Shown here: piece by piece, positions 11,881 to 24,446 of the stretch | Layout: each line of letters begins with the position of its first letter | Numbering within the stretch: the first letter of the stretch is position 1 | Assembly: GCF_963921235.1 (NCBI RefSeq) | Contig: NC_086105.1 | Coordinates: forward strand, 148,242,001-148,306,000 | Direction of reading: 5' to 3' | DNA length: 64,000 bases | Origin: Mobula hypostoma | Lineage: Eukaryota | Position numbers and translations under genes: made by a program | Notes under the pieces: model-generated | What the model was told of the DNA's origin: nothing | Database searches by the model: none | Seen by the model: the letters and a program-made list of their open reading frames with translations, nothing else

Positions 11881-12859
11881 GAGGGGAGTACTAGCTCTTT
11901 AGGTGTTTAAAGGGATATAAACCACAATACTAGATAAGCTGGGGGTTAAAAATTGGTTAATTGCTTCACTGAAAAATGCAGAATACAGTATCAGTTATAG
12001 GGAAAGTGCAGGACAGGCAGACAACAAGGTACAAGGTCATGATGAGGTAGACTGCAAGGTCGAGAGTCACATCTTCTTGTACTAGGGATCTTTCAATAGT
12101 CTTACAACAAGCAGGAGGGAATCTGACCTTGAGCCTGCTGGCACTTGTTTTTGGCTTTAGTGTTGGACTAGGCTGTTTAATTGTTATTTCCTTTGCAGCT
12201 TAATTAATTACCTGCTTGTATTTTATACAACTACTTATACACATGTTAACTGTTTAGTATGTTTTCTAGTGGTCACAGAATGAGTATGCAGTTGTTCAAT
12301 GTGTCCTCCTAGTTGTAACAGTTCTTTGCAAGATCTGAAAAGTTCTTTTGGTATTGCGTTATTTAAATAGGGGCTATCTAATTGGTTATGTCCCATCTAC
12401 ACATTTGAAAGGAATGTTTCTTATCTATGGAGTATAAGGAGGGTTAACCACTTGGTCCACCATCTTTAATCGCCCAGTTCTTAGCTACTAAACTTTTGCA
12501 GCTCTACATTTCCAAATCCTTGTTCTCATTACACTTAATAAAATGATTAAGTTCAACATGTTTTATGCCTCTTTCCTGAGTTCCAAAAGAACCTTGGATC
12601 AGAAATGTCAGAATCCAACAGACGATTGCAAAGAAATAGTGAACTGCAAGTGAGAAATTCACTCAGGGTTCTGGAGCTGAAGGTGTGTTCACTTCCCAAG
12701 AATATGGGATTCCAGTTCAGGGGTCCCAACGTGGGCTCCACTGACCCCTCGGTTAATGGTATGGCTCCATGGCATTTAAAGAGTTCCCTCTTGAGTTAGA
12801 TTATCCAAACATTTGCTCTGTAATTACAAAAATAAATTGAAAGCCATAGAATTTACAGC

Positions 12860-12979
12860 TTTATTTAATTTGGTATACTGAGGTATAAAAGCAGTTTTGC
12901 ACATTTTATCAGGAGCAGTGGTTTTCTTAAATACCCATAGGGTTATACATTGAGTTACAGCCGTAAAAAAATCTTTATT
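12860..12979 (-). terminator. Candidate polyadenylation signals of the Kelch gene (~1.5 kb 3' UTR)
   Basis: TTTATT on + at 12860-12865 and 12974-12979, at the end of a largely repeat-free stretch after the stop. Confidence 0.45.
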
Positions 12980-14446
12980 GCTTAAATTCATGATTATATA
13001 ATCTTTATAAACTTGTGCAACATAATTTGAAACTTCACATGAACATTTTTGGAGGTGTAAAATGAGGCAGTTCTCAAACAGTTAATGTCCTAACAGCCCG
13101 AGAATACAAGGTAGTGTTCTTCAATTAGCTGACAAGAGATGACGAGAGAGACAGCACCTTCGAAATTGGTAGGGAATTAAACTGCAACAAGTTTTGTAAT
13201 AAAACCATCAGACCATTACATCCACAAAGGATGCCAGCTTCCTTGTGAAGGTCCAGAGGTACTCAGATCTTACCAATTAACCTCTCCCACCATCAGAAAG
13301 TTCTTAGCACATGACTGAGATATGCGATAAACAGGTTTAATGGGGTCAAGACTCTTGGACAGCTGGCTGTGTGGCACCAAGAAGGAGAAACCAAGGTCTT
13401 CAAGCAGTGGCTCAGAGATAAGACGTCAAAGTAGACAGTGACAGTCAACGTCAGACAATCGCAAACTTCATGTACCATCACCCATCTGGCTGGGTGTGGA
13501 CCTGAAACCCATTTAAAAAATGGGCAGTATAAAGTTTCTAAAGCACCTACCTTCATTAAACTGAACAAATTTAGAAGTTCCCATGTTTAGGATGGCAAAG
13601 AACTTTACACCATCTGCACAGTGCGAGCTCAAACACTGCAACACATAGCAATGGGTGCAACACACCAAAAGCAGCCTTCAGATCTAAACATTACCACTGG
13701 GAGAAGACTGCACACTTCTTAAACACTTTGTATACAAAGAAAAGTCCTCAACCCAGATTTAGCTACTACAAGGTACCAAAATTGACAACGTAGAAAAGTT
13801 CAATGTCAGTTCATTATTTTTCTTCAGAAGTCATGGTATCCAAGCAATGAGAAAGCAGAGATCTCTGTGCAGACGAGGTAGTCAGAACACCACCCCAATA
13901 CTTTAGGTTCTATAGAAAACACAGGAGTTTGTTTTTCTTTAAAAAAAAGGACTCCTGTACCAGTCTAATTACAAAAGGCAGAAACGTCAAGGCTAAAGTG
14001 CGGACTTCACTATATCGCTCCATGATGGAGGGTAAGAGATGTTTTACAATAGCCATTTTTTGGTATATCCAAGTACGAATCTGAAGATGTATCTTGTACA
14101 CACTCAGACCAGAGGCACACAGGAGGGTGGTGAGAACCCACCCTTAGCCAATGAACAGCAAGGAGAAATATTCTCACCACAATGCAAAGTTCAAAGATAA
14201 AAGGAAACATACCCACCCCAATCCAAGAACCCCTCCCAAATCCCTTTTGGAACCCATGGAGTTAAATACAGAAGTTACCACCCAGGCTGCAACAGTTGAA
14301 AAATGAGCCCTAAAGTGCTTCTATAAACGGTGGAGAACTGTGGAGTTTTCCAGTGGATGTCAGCTGACCGGATTCTGCAAACTGCACTTGACAATTGTTC
14401 TGCAAGATTGTAGACAATGCTCTTTATGTACAGGTAGAGTTCCCCA

Positions 14447-14588
14447 TCAATCCACAAAAATACTAGGCCACGTCTCTTTCTGGACCTGCACGGTGACACA
14501 ACTCAACCAGCTGCGACTCGCGAGCATCTCTCCAAAGATCTCCCATTTGTCATTTTCTTCATCGTACTGTTCAATGGTGTCGTGGTAC
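14447..14588 (-). CDS. Kelch-like protein last coding exon; spliced CDS 1746 nt = 581 aa
   Basis: ctcatttgcag|G YHDTIEQYDEENDKWEIFGEMLASRSWLSCVTVQVQKETWPSIFVD*; phases of all 8 exons are consistent. Confidence 0.93.
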
Positions 14589-15067
14589 CTGCAAATGAGA
14601 ACGGTTAACAGGGTGAAAGGAGAGCTCATCGGGCTGTGCAAATAAACCTCAATTAATTTATAAATGCAAGAGATTCTGCTGATGCTGAAAACCCACAGTA
14701 ACGCACACACAAAATGCTGGAGGAATTCAGCAAGTCAGACGGCATCCATGGAGAAAAATAAACGGTTTCGGGCAGAGATCGTTCATCAGGATTGAAGATC
14801 AAGACAGTTTATTCCTCTCCACAGATGCTGCCTGACCTGCTGAGTTCATCCGATGTTTTGTGTGTAGCTCTCAATTAAATTTTACCTTACCACAAACCTG
14901 AAGCTGAACATCTTTGGGCCGTGGGAGGAAACACAAACAGTCACGGGGCGGGGGAAAGGTACAAACTCCTTACCGACAGCAGGAGGAACCGAGCCCGGGT
15001 TACTGGTGTTGTAAAGCATTACATTAACCCCTACACTACCATGTCACTTGGGTTGTTTTCTCTAGAA

Positions 15068-15148
15068 CAGGGGTTCTCAACCTGGAACCCCCAAATCCCT
15101 CGGTTAATGGTAAGGGGTCCATGGCATAAAATTGGTTGGGGAGCCCTG
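15068..15148. mobile_element. ~80-bp hAT-type MITE; other copies at ~12718-12790 and ~30760-30847
   Basis: CAGGGGTTCTCAACC...GGTTGGGGAGCCCTG termini; shared core CCCTCGGTTAATGG. Confidence 0.75.
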
Positions 15149-15654
15149 GTCTCGAGTGTTAGAGGCTGAGAAACAATCTCAATCAGAATCAGGTTTATCG
15201 TCACAGGCACATGTTGTGAAATTTGCTGTTTGTGGTAACAATGCAAGACAAAAAAAATTACTACAAGTTACAATAAAAGTTAATAAATTGTGCAAAAGAG
15301 GAATAGTGAGGCAGTGTTCAGTGACCGTTTTCAAAAATCTGATGACAGAGAGGAAGAAGCTGTTCCTAAAATGTTGAGTGTGTGCCTTCAGACTCCTGTA
15401 CCTCCTCCCTGATGGTAACAATGAGAAGAGGGCATGTTCTGGGTGGTGAGGATATTTGAGGTATCACCTTCTGAAGATGTCCTCAGAGGAAACCCAATAG
15501 AGGTTTATAAAAGTAGGAGAGGCATAGACAGGGTTGTTTTCCTAGACAGCAAATTTCAAATACCACAGGGCAAAACTGAGAGGAGAAACTTCAAAGGTGA
15601 TTTAAAAGGTAAGGAGCACCTTGCACCTCTTTTGGTAGAAAGATATTTATAATG

Positions 15655-15985
15655 GAGATACTTCTCTACCAAAGGAGGTGCAAGGTGCTCCTTTGCTCCG
15701 CTAGCCTGCAGGTCACCCTTGGGCAGGGTGTAGCACCTGCTTATGTGAATCCATGGGAGCAGGTGGTGGATGGTCATATGAGCAGTTGCTGCAGATCACA
15801 AGTCCTGGTTATACAAACAGTGATGCCAGGCAAACAATCTCTGAAGAGTATTGATAGTGGCTGGGGTCACCCTGCCCAGAAGAAGGCAATGGCAAAGCAC
15901 TTCTGTAGAAAAATTTGCCAAGGACAGTCATGGATAAAGACCATGATTGCCGATGTCATACGACACAGCACATAATGATGATGTA
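15655..15985 (+). mobile_element. RTE-associated SINE-like element
   Basis: 3' AGAAGGCAATGGCAAAGCACTTCTG and (ATG)n tail; the 5' end recurs inverted at ~29565-29615. Confidence 0.6.
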
Positions 15986-16489
15986 TATAAACAGCATTTG
16001 GACCTGGATGGGGTTGCCAGGGCTGGAAGCAGATGTAAGAGGCATTGAGACAGATGTGTTTGGACTCTGGTCAGATGGGCTTAGCTTAAATAGGCATCCT
16101 TGTTGGCAGAGACATTGTGGGTTGAAGGCTCCTTTCTGTACTGGAGTGTTCTATCCTCTATGGATAGTGACACCCACCCCTGTGTTTTTCCGGGAGGTAC
16201 AATATTCTGTAATCATCCTTGGCTTTGAACCCAGCTGACAGAAGCAGGACGTACAATGAGCCACAGTAGCACAGCAGTTAGCACTTCGACGTGTTCTGGA
16301 GTTCGCAGTTCCATTCCAGTGTCGTCTATAAGAAGTTTGTATATTCTCCCATGAACGCGAGGGTTTTCCCCGAGAGCGCCAGTTTCTTCCTGCAGTCCAA
16401 AGACTTACTGGTTAGTAGGTTAATTGGTCATTATAAATTGTCCTGTGGTTAGGCTTGGGTTAATCAGACGGATTGCTCTGCGTCGTGGG

Positions 16490-17035
16490 TTGACCATGGA
16501 TGTTGAATCCTAGCTGTCCAGATACACAAACCAGGCCAGTACGCTGTTGCCTGTGTAGCAGACTCCCCCTCTCCACGCACCTGATGAACCCAAAGGAACG
16601 GCAGAGACCGATACAGTCTGACACCAATGGTGTCACAGGAGTTGCCAGTCAGCATTAAACTCAACTTAGGACTGTCTTAGGGACTCCAGCTACGGATTCC
16701 TCCCTCGGGGTTTACTCCCAAAGCCTTCCCCATGAGTGGGTATAGCCACAAGGAGTGGAGGCTTGAGATCAGAGTTTTCCTTCTCCAAGATGAGCTGCCA
16801 ACCACGGCTGACGAACCCCATCTGCCTGAAGTGACTGGCTTGTAGGCGCCTTTGGCCCTTCTCCTGTCAGTAGAGAGAAACAGTTCTGCTGGGCTTAGCA
16901 GCTAAGTCAGACGTGAAGGCCAGAAGCTGGATTTGGTTGTCAGAGGTTATTTGAGACGCAGACCATTGGGAGTATTTAATAGGTAGTGGGAGCTTTTCAC
17001 CACTACAGTCCCCAGCTATTAAAACCTTAAGGAAT
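16490..17035 (-). mobile_element. Interspersed repeat (RTE-related SINE/LINE); opposite-orientation copy at ~22125-22690, fragment at ~54070-54205
   Basis: Shared CAACCAAATCCAGCT..TGGCCTTCACG and GAGTT.AA.GCTGACTGGCAACTCCTGTGACAC in reverse complement. Confidence 0.75.
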
Positions 17036-17239
17036 CTATCTATATGTATCTGGCTATTAACTGTATCTACAGTTTAGCAGCAGTTATTGTAACACAGAGG
17101 TCTATCAGTGATGTGTGAACCCATGAATGGAAGAAATGAGCAGACTGTAGTGGCAGAGACTTCAATACATTCAGTAACTGTTGAGCAGACTGTAGTGATC
17201 ATCGAGAACTTCTGTACCATCTGCCAGAGCTGGAACTTC

Positions 17240-17660
17240 CCGGTGGTCAATTCCCATTCCCGTGGTCTCCTCATGCCACGATGAGGCTACCTTCAAACAG
17301 GGTGGAGAAGTACCACCTTATATTCTGTCTGAAGGCATGAATATCGATTTCTCCTCAGGTAAACATTCCCAGTCCCCACTCTGACCTTTCACTTCTTCTC
17401 ACCTGCCTACTACATCCGCCGGGTCCCCTCCTCTGTTCCTTTCTCCTGTGCTTCACTCCCCTCTCCTATCAGATTCCTCCTTCCCCAGCCCTTTACTTTT
17501 CCTACCTGCCTGACTTCACCTGTCACCTTCCCGCTGCCCACCTTTTTATTCTGGCATCTTCCCCCTTCTTTCTCGGTCCTGAAGAAAGGTCTCGGCACGA
17601 AACATTGACTGTCTATTCATTTCCATCGATGCTGCTGAGTTCCTCCAGAATTTTGTGTTG
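17240..17660 (+). mobile_element. Penelope-like element 3' fragment; short terminal pieces also at ~965-1075, 2450-2560, 14665-14870, 35425-35560, 49660-49920, 57380-57480, 61500-61620
   Basis: CCTGAAGAA.GGTCTCGG..CGAAAC..TGACTG...GATGCTGC...GAGTTCCTCCAG terminal motif. Confidence 0.7.
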
Positions 17661-17880
17661 TTACATAGCATGGAGTAGATGTTTTATGTTGTCAGGAACA
17701 GAACTTTATCACCTGGATTCTGTCTGTATGCATTGTTTAAGTCAGTCCCAAAGCCTCCAAGATTGATTTTTAAGGAAGGTTATGGGATGAAGACAGGAAA
17801 TGACAGATCAGACACCACGTTATATAATTCACATCACTTTGACTCATGAGTGGGTCCGTTCTTTACGTGGTGACACATAC

Positions 17881-18046
17881 CGATCCCAGCCCTCTTCTCC
17901 TCCCATCACGTAGATCTTGTCGCCAATCACAGCCACACCTGGCCGATACCGCCTCTCGTTCATTGGGGCGCACATCTTCCACATGTTGGTCTTGGGGTCG
18001 TACTGCTCCACCTTGTCAGTGTTCTCTGTCGAAGCGTGCCAGCCGC
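17881..18046 (-). CDS. Kelch-like protein coding exon 7 (Kelch 5 and start of 6)
   Basis: catcttccgcag|GGWHASTENTDKVEQYDPKTNMWKMCAPMNERRYRPGVAVIGDKIYVMGGEEGWDR|gtatgt; 166 nt. Confidence 0.95.
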
Positions 18047-20372
18047 CTGCGGAAGATGCACACCAGGTGAAAGATCCCTCACAAATCAGCACCCCCTTCC
18101 CAAAACGCTCGTTTCCCCATTAGTGATAGCAGAGGGCAGAGTCTCCTTTCATTACCTACTTGCTTAGGGTTACCACACAGAACAGGCTCTTCCAGCCCTT
18201 CGAGCCGCACTGCCCAGCATTCCACAAGTTAACCCTAGTATAATCACGGGACAACTTCAAATGACCAGTACGTCTTTGGAGTGTGGGAGGAAACCAGAGC
18301 ACCCAGAGAAAACCCACACATTCAACAGGGAGGACATACAGACCCTTTACAGGTGACATTGGAGTTGGGCTCTGAACCCAGATGCCCTGCTCTGTAACAG
18401 CATCACACTAACCCCCAAGGAGTGATTTGGCCCCTGATCTCAATGGAAAGAACTATTACTACTCTAGGGTTAAACCTAACAGATATCATCCTCCAAAAGA
18501 AGGATTCCAAAATCAAGGTTATTGTACAGTGGATACCTCACAGATTCAATGCTGGCCAGCACTGATGGTGTGATGTTCTCTGTGACTTCGACAGCTACTT
18601 CTCCTCTGCCATCAAAGGGTTAATGTATGAAATGTGTTTGATGGCTGTGGGCCTATCCTTGGAGTTTACAAGAATGAGAGGGGGATCTCATTGAAACCCA
18701 TCAAATATTGAAAGGCCTAGGTAGAGTGGACATGGAGAGGATGTTTCCTGCAGTGGGCAAGTCCTGAAGCAGAGGACGCAGCCTCAGAATAGAGGGACGT
18801 CCATTTGGAACGGAGATGAGGAGGAATTTCCCCAGCCAGAGGGAGGTGAGTCTGTGGAATTCTTTGCCATGGACGGCTGTGGAGAGCAAGCCACTGGGTA
18901 TATTTGAAGTGAAGGCTGAAGGTCCTTGATTAGTCAGGATGTCACAGGTTACGGGGAGAAGGCAGGAGAATGGGATTGGGAAGGATAATAAATCGGCCAT
19001 GGTGGAGTGGTGCAGCAGACTCGATGGGCCGAGTGGCCTGGCTCTGCTCCTGTGTCTATAGTATGGATGAGTTGGGCTGCAGGCTGAAGCCTCGCTTCCT
19101 TGCTATACGAGACCATGCCATAGACACAGGGGCAGAATTAGGCCATTCATCCCCTCCAGTCTGTGCTGCCATTCCATCGTGGCTGATTTATTAACCCTCT
19201 CAACCCCACTCTCCTGCCTTCTCCCCATAGCCTTACTGAACAAGTACGGGCACATTGCCAGTGTAATGGGAGAAATGCAGGTACCATTTCACCCACTCAA
19301 ACTGCGGGCACCCCACCTCTCCCCCTGCAGGGTCAGAACTGCCAGTGTTTCATTCACCTGCTCAAACCGTGTACAGTACCAGGATTCGCATCTAATCTAG
19401 CCCCATTTCTCTGCATTGGTCCATCTCTCTCCAAACCGCTCCTATCCACGTACCCGTCCAAATGTCTTTAAAGAACTTGAATTGGACCTGCTTCTACAAG
19501 AGGACAAAATTTTAAGATGATTGGACGAAGGTATGGGGGGGGGTGGAGAAGTAGAGGAAGGCTTTCCATACGGGGTGGTGGGAGCATGGAATAAGGCATT
19601 TGGGGTGTACATGGATGGGAGGGGATCAGCGGGACGCGGGTTGAGCGCGGGTAATCCGGGGGCCATGGGCAATCGGAGGATGCTGTGGTCAGTTGGGCTG
19701 CAGGACCCATTTCTGTGCTGTTTCATGACGACTCCTTCCAGCACGGCAGCGTAGCAGTCCACGTAACGCCAGCACAGGGCCAGCTGCAAGATTAGAGTTC
19801 CAGTCCCGTACGGAGCTTGTCTGCCTCCAAGAGGACCCCGGCCTTGTCGTAGGGTTTGGAGGTTTATGTCCCTCAATAACCCAGAGAGCCATGTTGGCTG
19901 AGGTCAGGGCTTTATGGTTTGGCCCTTGGTAGTGTTACCCATGCCAAACAGGTCAAAGGGTCGAGGTTTGGGGGTTCAACTCAGGGATAGTAACCCTGAC
20001 TGTGATGGAAATAGCAATGAAGAATCCTACATCAGAGCGCGGCCGCATTCCTGAGTTTCCACCCGGGACTCGCCTGACCAACAGTGGTGAAAACTGAGAG
20101 GAAGCTACTGACACGATGAAGGAAGCCCTGAACACCGCCCGAGGGAAGAGGTTTGTATGTCTCCCCGTGAGTGCATGGATTTCCTCCGGCTGCCCCAGTT
20201 TCCTCCCACATTCCAATAGTTTAAACATCCAGGTCAGTGAGTTGTGGGCACGCTCTAATGGTACCAAAAGCATGGTGACCCTTGTCCTCAGCGCATCCTC
20301 ACTGATTTCCACACTTGCTCTGTATGTTTCAATGTACATGTGACAAATAAAGCTAATCTTATCATTCCTTAC

Positions 20373-20519
20373 CAATGACATAGATCTTCCCCTTGAGAAC
20401 ACAGGCAGCAGAACCAGAGCGAGGAATCTGCATTGGAGCCACCTCAGTCCAGGTGTTGGTCTTTGGGTTGTAAACCTGAACCAAATTCATTCCATCTCCG
20501 TCTTCCAGCACCGCTCCTC
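20373..20519 (-). CDS. Kelch-like protein coding exon 6 (Kelch 4)
   Basis: ctgactgtgcag|GGAVLEDGDGMNLVQVYNPKTNTWTEVAPMQIPRSGSAACVLKGKIYVI|gtaagg; 147 nt. Confidence 0.94.
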
Positions 20520-21222
20520 CTGCACAGTCAGAACCCGTCAGTGTTCCATTCACCCAAACCACGGGCACCCACCTCTCCATCCTCCCGCACAGTCAGAACC
20601 CGTCAGTGTTCCATTCACCCAAACCACAGGCACCCACCTCTCCATCCTCCCGCACAGTCAGAACCCGTCAGTGTTCCATTCACCCAAACCACAGGCACCC
20701 ACCTCTCCATCCTCCCGCACAGTCAGAACCCGTCAGTGTTCCATTCACCCAAACCACGGGCACCCACCTCTCCATCCTCCCGCACAGTCAGAACCCGCCA
20801 GTGTTCCATTCACCCAAACCACGGGCACCCACCTCTCCATCCTCCCGCACAGTCAGAACCCGTCAGTGTTCCATTCACCCAAACCACAGGCACCCACCTC
20901 TCCATCCTCCCGCACAGTCAGAACCCGCCAGTGTTCCATTCACCCAAACCACGGGCACCCACCTCTCCATCCTCCTGCACAGTCAGAACCCGCCAGTGTT
21001 CCATTCACCCAAACCACGGGCACCCACCTCTCCATCCTCCTGCACAGTCAGAACCCGTCAGTGTTCCATTCACCCAAACCACGGGCACTCACCTCTCCAT
21101 CCTCCCGCACAGTCAGAACCCGCCAGTGTTCCATTCACCCAAACCACGGGCACCCACCTCTCCATCCTCCCGCACAGTCAGAACCCGCCAGTGTTCCATT
21201 CACCCAAACCACAGGCACCCAC
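20516..21222. repeat. 65-bp tandem repeat (~10.9 copies) overlapping the acceptor of Kelch coding exon 6
   Basis: Unit CCTCC(C/T)GCACAGTCAGAACCCG(T/C)CAGTGTTCCATTCACCCAAACCAC(G/A)GGCACCCACCTCTCCAT with exact 65-nt period. Confidence 0.98.
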
Positions 21223-24200
21223 TACTTCCCCTACAGTTAGAACTTGCCATTGTTCCAGTTAGAGAGACCATCTCCCTCCCTCTCCCACAAATCCAGGAGT
21301 TCAAACACACCTTTGTGCTTTTAACTCCAGAATATAGACCCAGACAAGGACGTGTGGGCTGTCTGAAGTTGCAGATGTCGCGGGCAAACGGGAACAGCTT
21401 GGAAAGGAATCAACCGCTCCGCGAGTGAAAATCGTTGTTTTGCCGGTCTCCAGTGCACAACATTCTGTTACAACAATGCATGAACTCATAATCCTTCCTA
21501 ACCAGAATTAAATCACCTGGGCAACTCACTCGCTTCTAGTCCCCCCTGGACATTCCATTCTCACCTGCAGTGCCAGGTGGCTGTTTGCACGTGACATCAG
21601 CCGCACCCCGGTGCCCCACTTCGACAGACAAGCTAAAGCAAGCGAGGGAGGCCAGAGGGTCTCATACCCGGTGAGATAGGGACGGGCCTGTCCTAGCACG
21701 TGATCCAGCGCTGCGGTAGGAACACTTCGTGGAGAGCGAAGGGCACGAGGCACAGAGGTCAGTCATCCAGCGTAACCCCAGTTGTCACGACTACTCGCAC
21801 CACTGGACTTCCGAGGCTGACAAAATGGAACTGCCCCAGGGCAACGGCTTTTCCACCTTCAAAACTCCTGCACAGTTCACATTTCAGAGGAATAGAGCAA
21901 CCTAACCTTCAGTCACTAAACTTCCTGACCAGCAGACCGTAATTCGCAAAGACAGGCACAATTATCCTCAACACGGGTGCTCCACAAGGCTGTGTCCTCG
22001 GTCCCTGGACACAACACCGTACAGCCAAATCCTGCTCCAATTCCAGCCACAAGCTTACAGGTGACACCACTATGGTGGTCTGGATCTGAATTACAATGAG
22101 CCACTGCAGGATTGTTTCTTCAGGTTGTTATAGCCGGCAGTGGGGGGTGGTAATGGGGACAAGCTCCCACGACCTATTAAATGCTCCCAATGGCATGCAC
22201 CTCAGATAGCCTCTGACAACCAAATCCAGCTCCTGGCCTTCACGTGTGCCTTGGCTACCAAGCCCGGCGGAACCGTTTCTACTGACAGGAGAAGGGGCAA
22301 AGGTGGGTTACTGGCACCGTAAGTCAGTCACTTTGGGCCAATATGGGTCGTCAGCTGTGGTTGGCAGCTCATCTACAAGAAGGAAATCTCTGATCTCAAA
22401 CCTCTGCTGCCTTGCGGCTGTACCCAATCAGGGGGAAGGCTTCAGGAGTAAACTCTTAAGGGAAGAATCCAGAGATACACTCCCCATGGCAGTCCTACAT
22501 TGAGTTCAACGCTGACTGGCAACTCCTGTGACACTGCCTGTATCAGTGTCCGCCGTTCCTTTGGATTCATCAGCGGCATGGAGAGGGGAGCCTGCTACAT
22601 GGAGCAACAGCTTGCTCCCCACATGTCCTGACCTACCCATGACAGCCTGGATGCACCATCCACGGTCGACCCTGACCAGCAGAGGGCCTCTCGAGATAGA
22701 GACTTAGCAACGTGGTGTCAGGATCACACCTTCCCCTCAGCGTCAGCAAAACACGGCCAAGAAAGATCAACAGCACCGACTTCCTCGGGAGGTTAAAGAA
22801 ATTCAGCACATCCCCGTTGACCCTCACCAAATTTTAATCCACCTACCACGGAAAGTACCCCATCCAGATGCATTACAGCTTGACACGGCAACTGCTTTGC
22901 CCGGGACCTCGAGAAACTGCAGAGAGTTGTGGACAGAGCTCGGCACATCACAGAAACCAGCCTCCCCTTCACGGACTCTGTCTACACTCCTCACTGCTTC
23001 AGTAAAGCAGCCAGTAGAATCAAAGACCCCACCCACCCCGGCCATTCTCTCTTCTCCCCCTCCCATCGGGCAGAGAATACACGCCTGAAAGCTCGTCCCA
23101 CCAGGCTCAAAGCACAGCTTCCATCCCACAAACTCTTGGATGGACGTCTTGTCGATAAGGTGGACTCTTGACCCCTCAACCTGCCTCATTTTGACCTTGC
23201 ACCTGATTGTCTACCTGCACTTCCTCTGCAGCTTAATTCCACATTGTTACTGTTTTCCTTGTTCTACCTCAGTGCACTGTGTAATGATCTCATTGGTGTC
23301 AGCACTGTGCAAGATTTTCCACTGTATCTCAGTGCATCTGACAATACCAACATCCTGTCATGTATTGTGGCACACGGGATGCTCCTACACTCCCCTGTAG
23401 CAGTACCAGACTAAGATGGGTGGAGTCTTTCTCCTAGGGTGGAAAGGTCAAATTCCAGAGGGCAGAGGTTTAAGGTGAAAGGGGGAGGTTTGAGGAGAAT
23501 GGGGGAAGTTTAAGGAAGATGTGTGGGGTAAGTTTTATTTCAGAAGAGGTTTGGGTGCCTGGAACACACTGCCGAAGAGTTATAGAATCACACAAAACAG
23601 GCCCTTCGGCCCACAATGTTGTGCCAACCTTTGAACCCATTCTTAGATCAGTCTAACCCTTCCCTCCTACATAGCCCTCCATTATTCTAATATCCAAATG
23701 CCCAGGAGTCTATTACATGTCCCTAACATATTGGCCTCTACCACCCCACCACCCCTGGCAGAGCATTCCACCCATCCACCTCTCCCTCTCAAAAAAAAAA
23801 TCTACTTCTGACATTGCATGTTTTCTTCCAAACACACTAAAGTTATGCCTGCTCCCATATTGGCCATTTCCACCCTGTGAAAAGTCTCTGGCTGTCCATT
23901 CAGTCTGTGCTTCTTATCTTGTATACCTCAATCAAGTCACCTCTCATCCTTCTCTCCAAAGAGAAAAGCCCCAACTCACTCAACCCATCCTCCTAAGACA
24001 TGCTGTCTCATCCAGGCAGCATCTTGGTAAATCTCCTCCGCACCCTCTCTAAAGCTTCCACATTCTTCCTATGATGAGGCGATCAGAACTGAACACAATA
24101 CTGCAAGTGTGTTCTAACCAGGGTTTTACAGAGATACAATATTACCTCGCACCTCGTCAACTCAATCCCCTGACTGATGAGGACCAACAGACCACACACC

Positions 24201-24269
24201 TTGCAGCAGCCTTTCACAAGGCAGTTACCTCAAGCAGCAAGTCGGCTGGGACTCGAACACCATCCTTAC

Positions 24270-24446
24270 CTGCTACGTACAAGAGACCTTTGAGTGCTAC
24301 AACAGCAGGGCTGGTCACTGCAATCTTCATGGGGGCCAGGAAACGCCAGGAGTTGGTGCGTGGGTTGTAGCACTCGATGGAGTCCAGCCTGGAAGTTCCT
24401 TCCCATCCACCTACTGCAAACACGTAGCCGTCCAGCATGGCCAGGC
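24270..24446 (-). CDS. Kelch-like protein coding exon 5 (Kelch 3)
   Basis: ccctctctcag|GLAMLDGYVFAVGGWEGTSRLDSIECYNPRTNSWRFLAPMKIAVTSPAVVALKGLLYVA|gtaagg; 177 nt. Confidence 0.95.

Noticed and set aside
20433-21428. 331-aa + strand ORF, or CRISPR-like array
   Set aside because: Head-to-tail 65-bp repeat with no unique spacers and no cas genes; eukaryotic intron.
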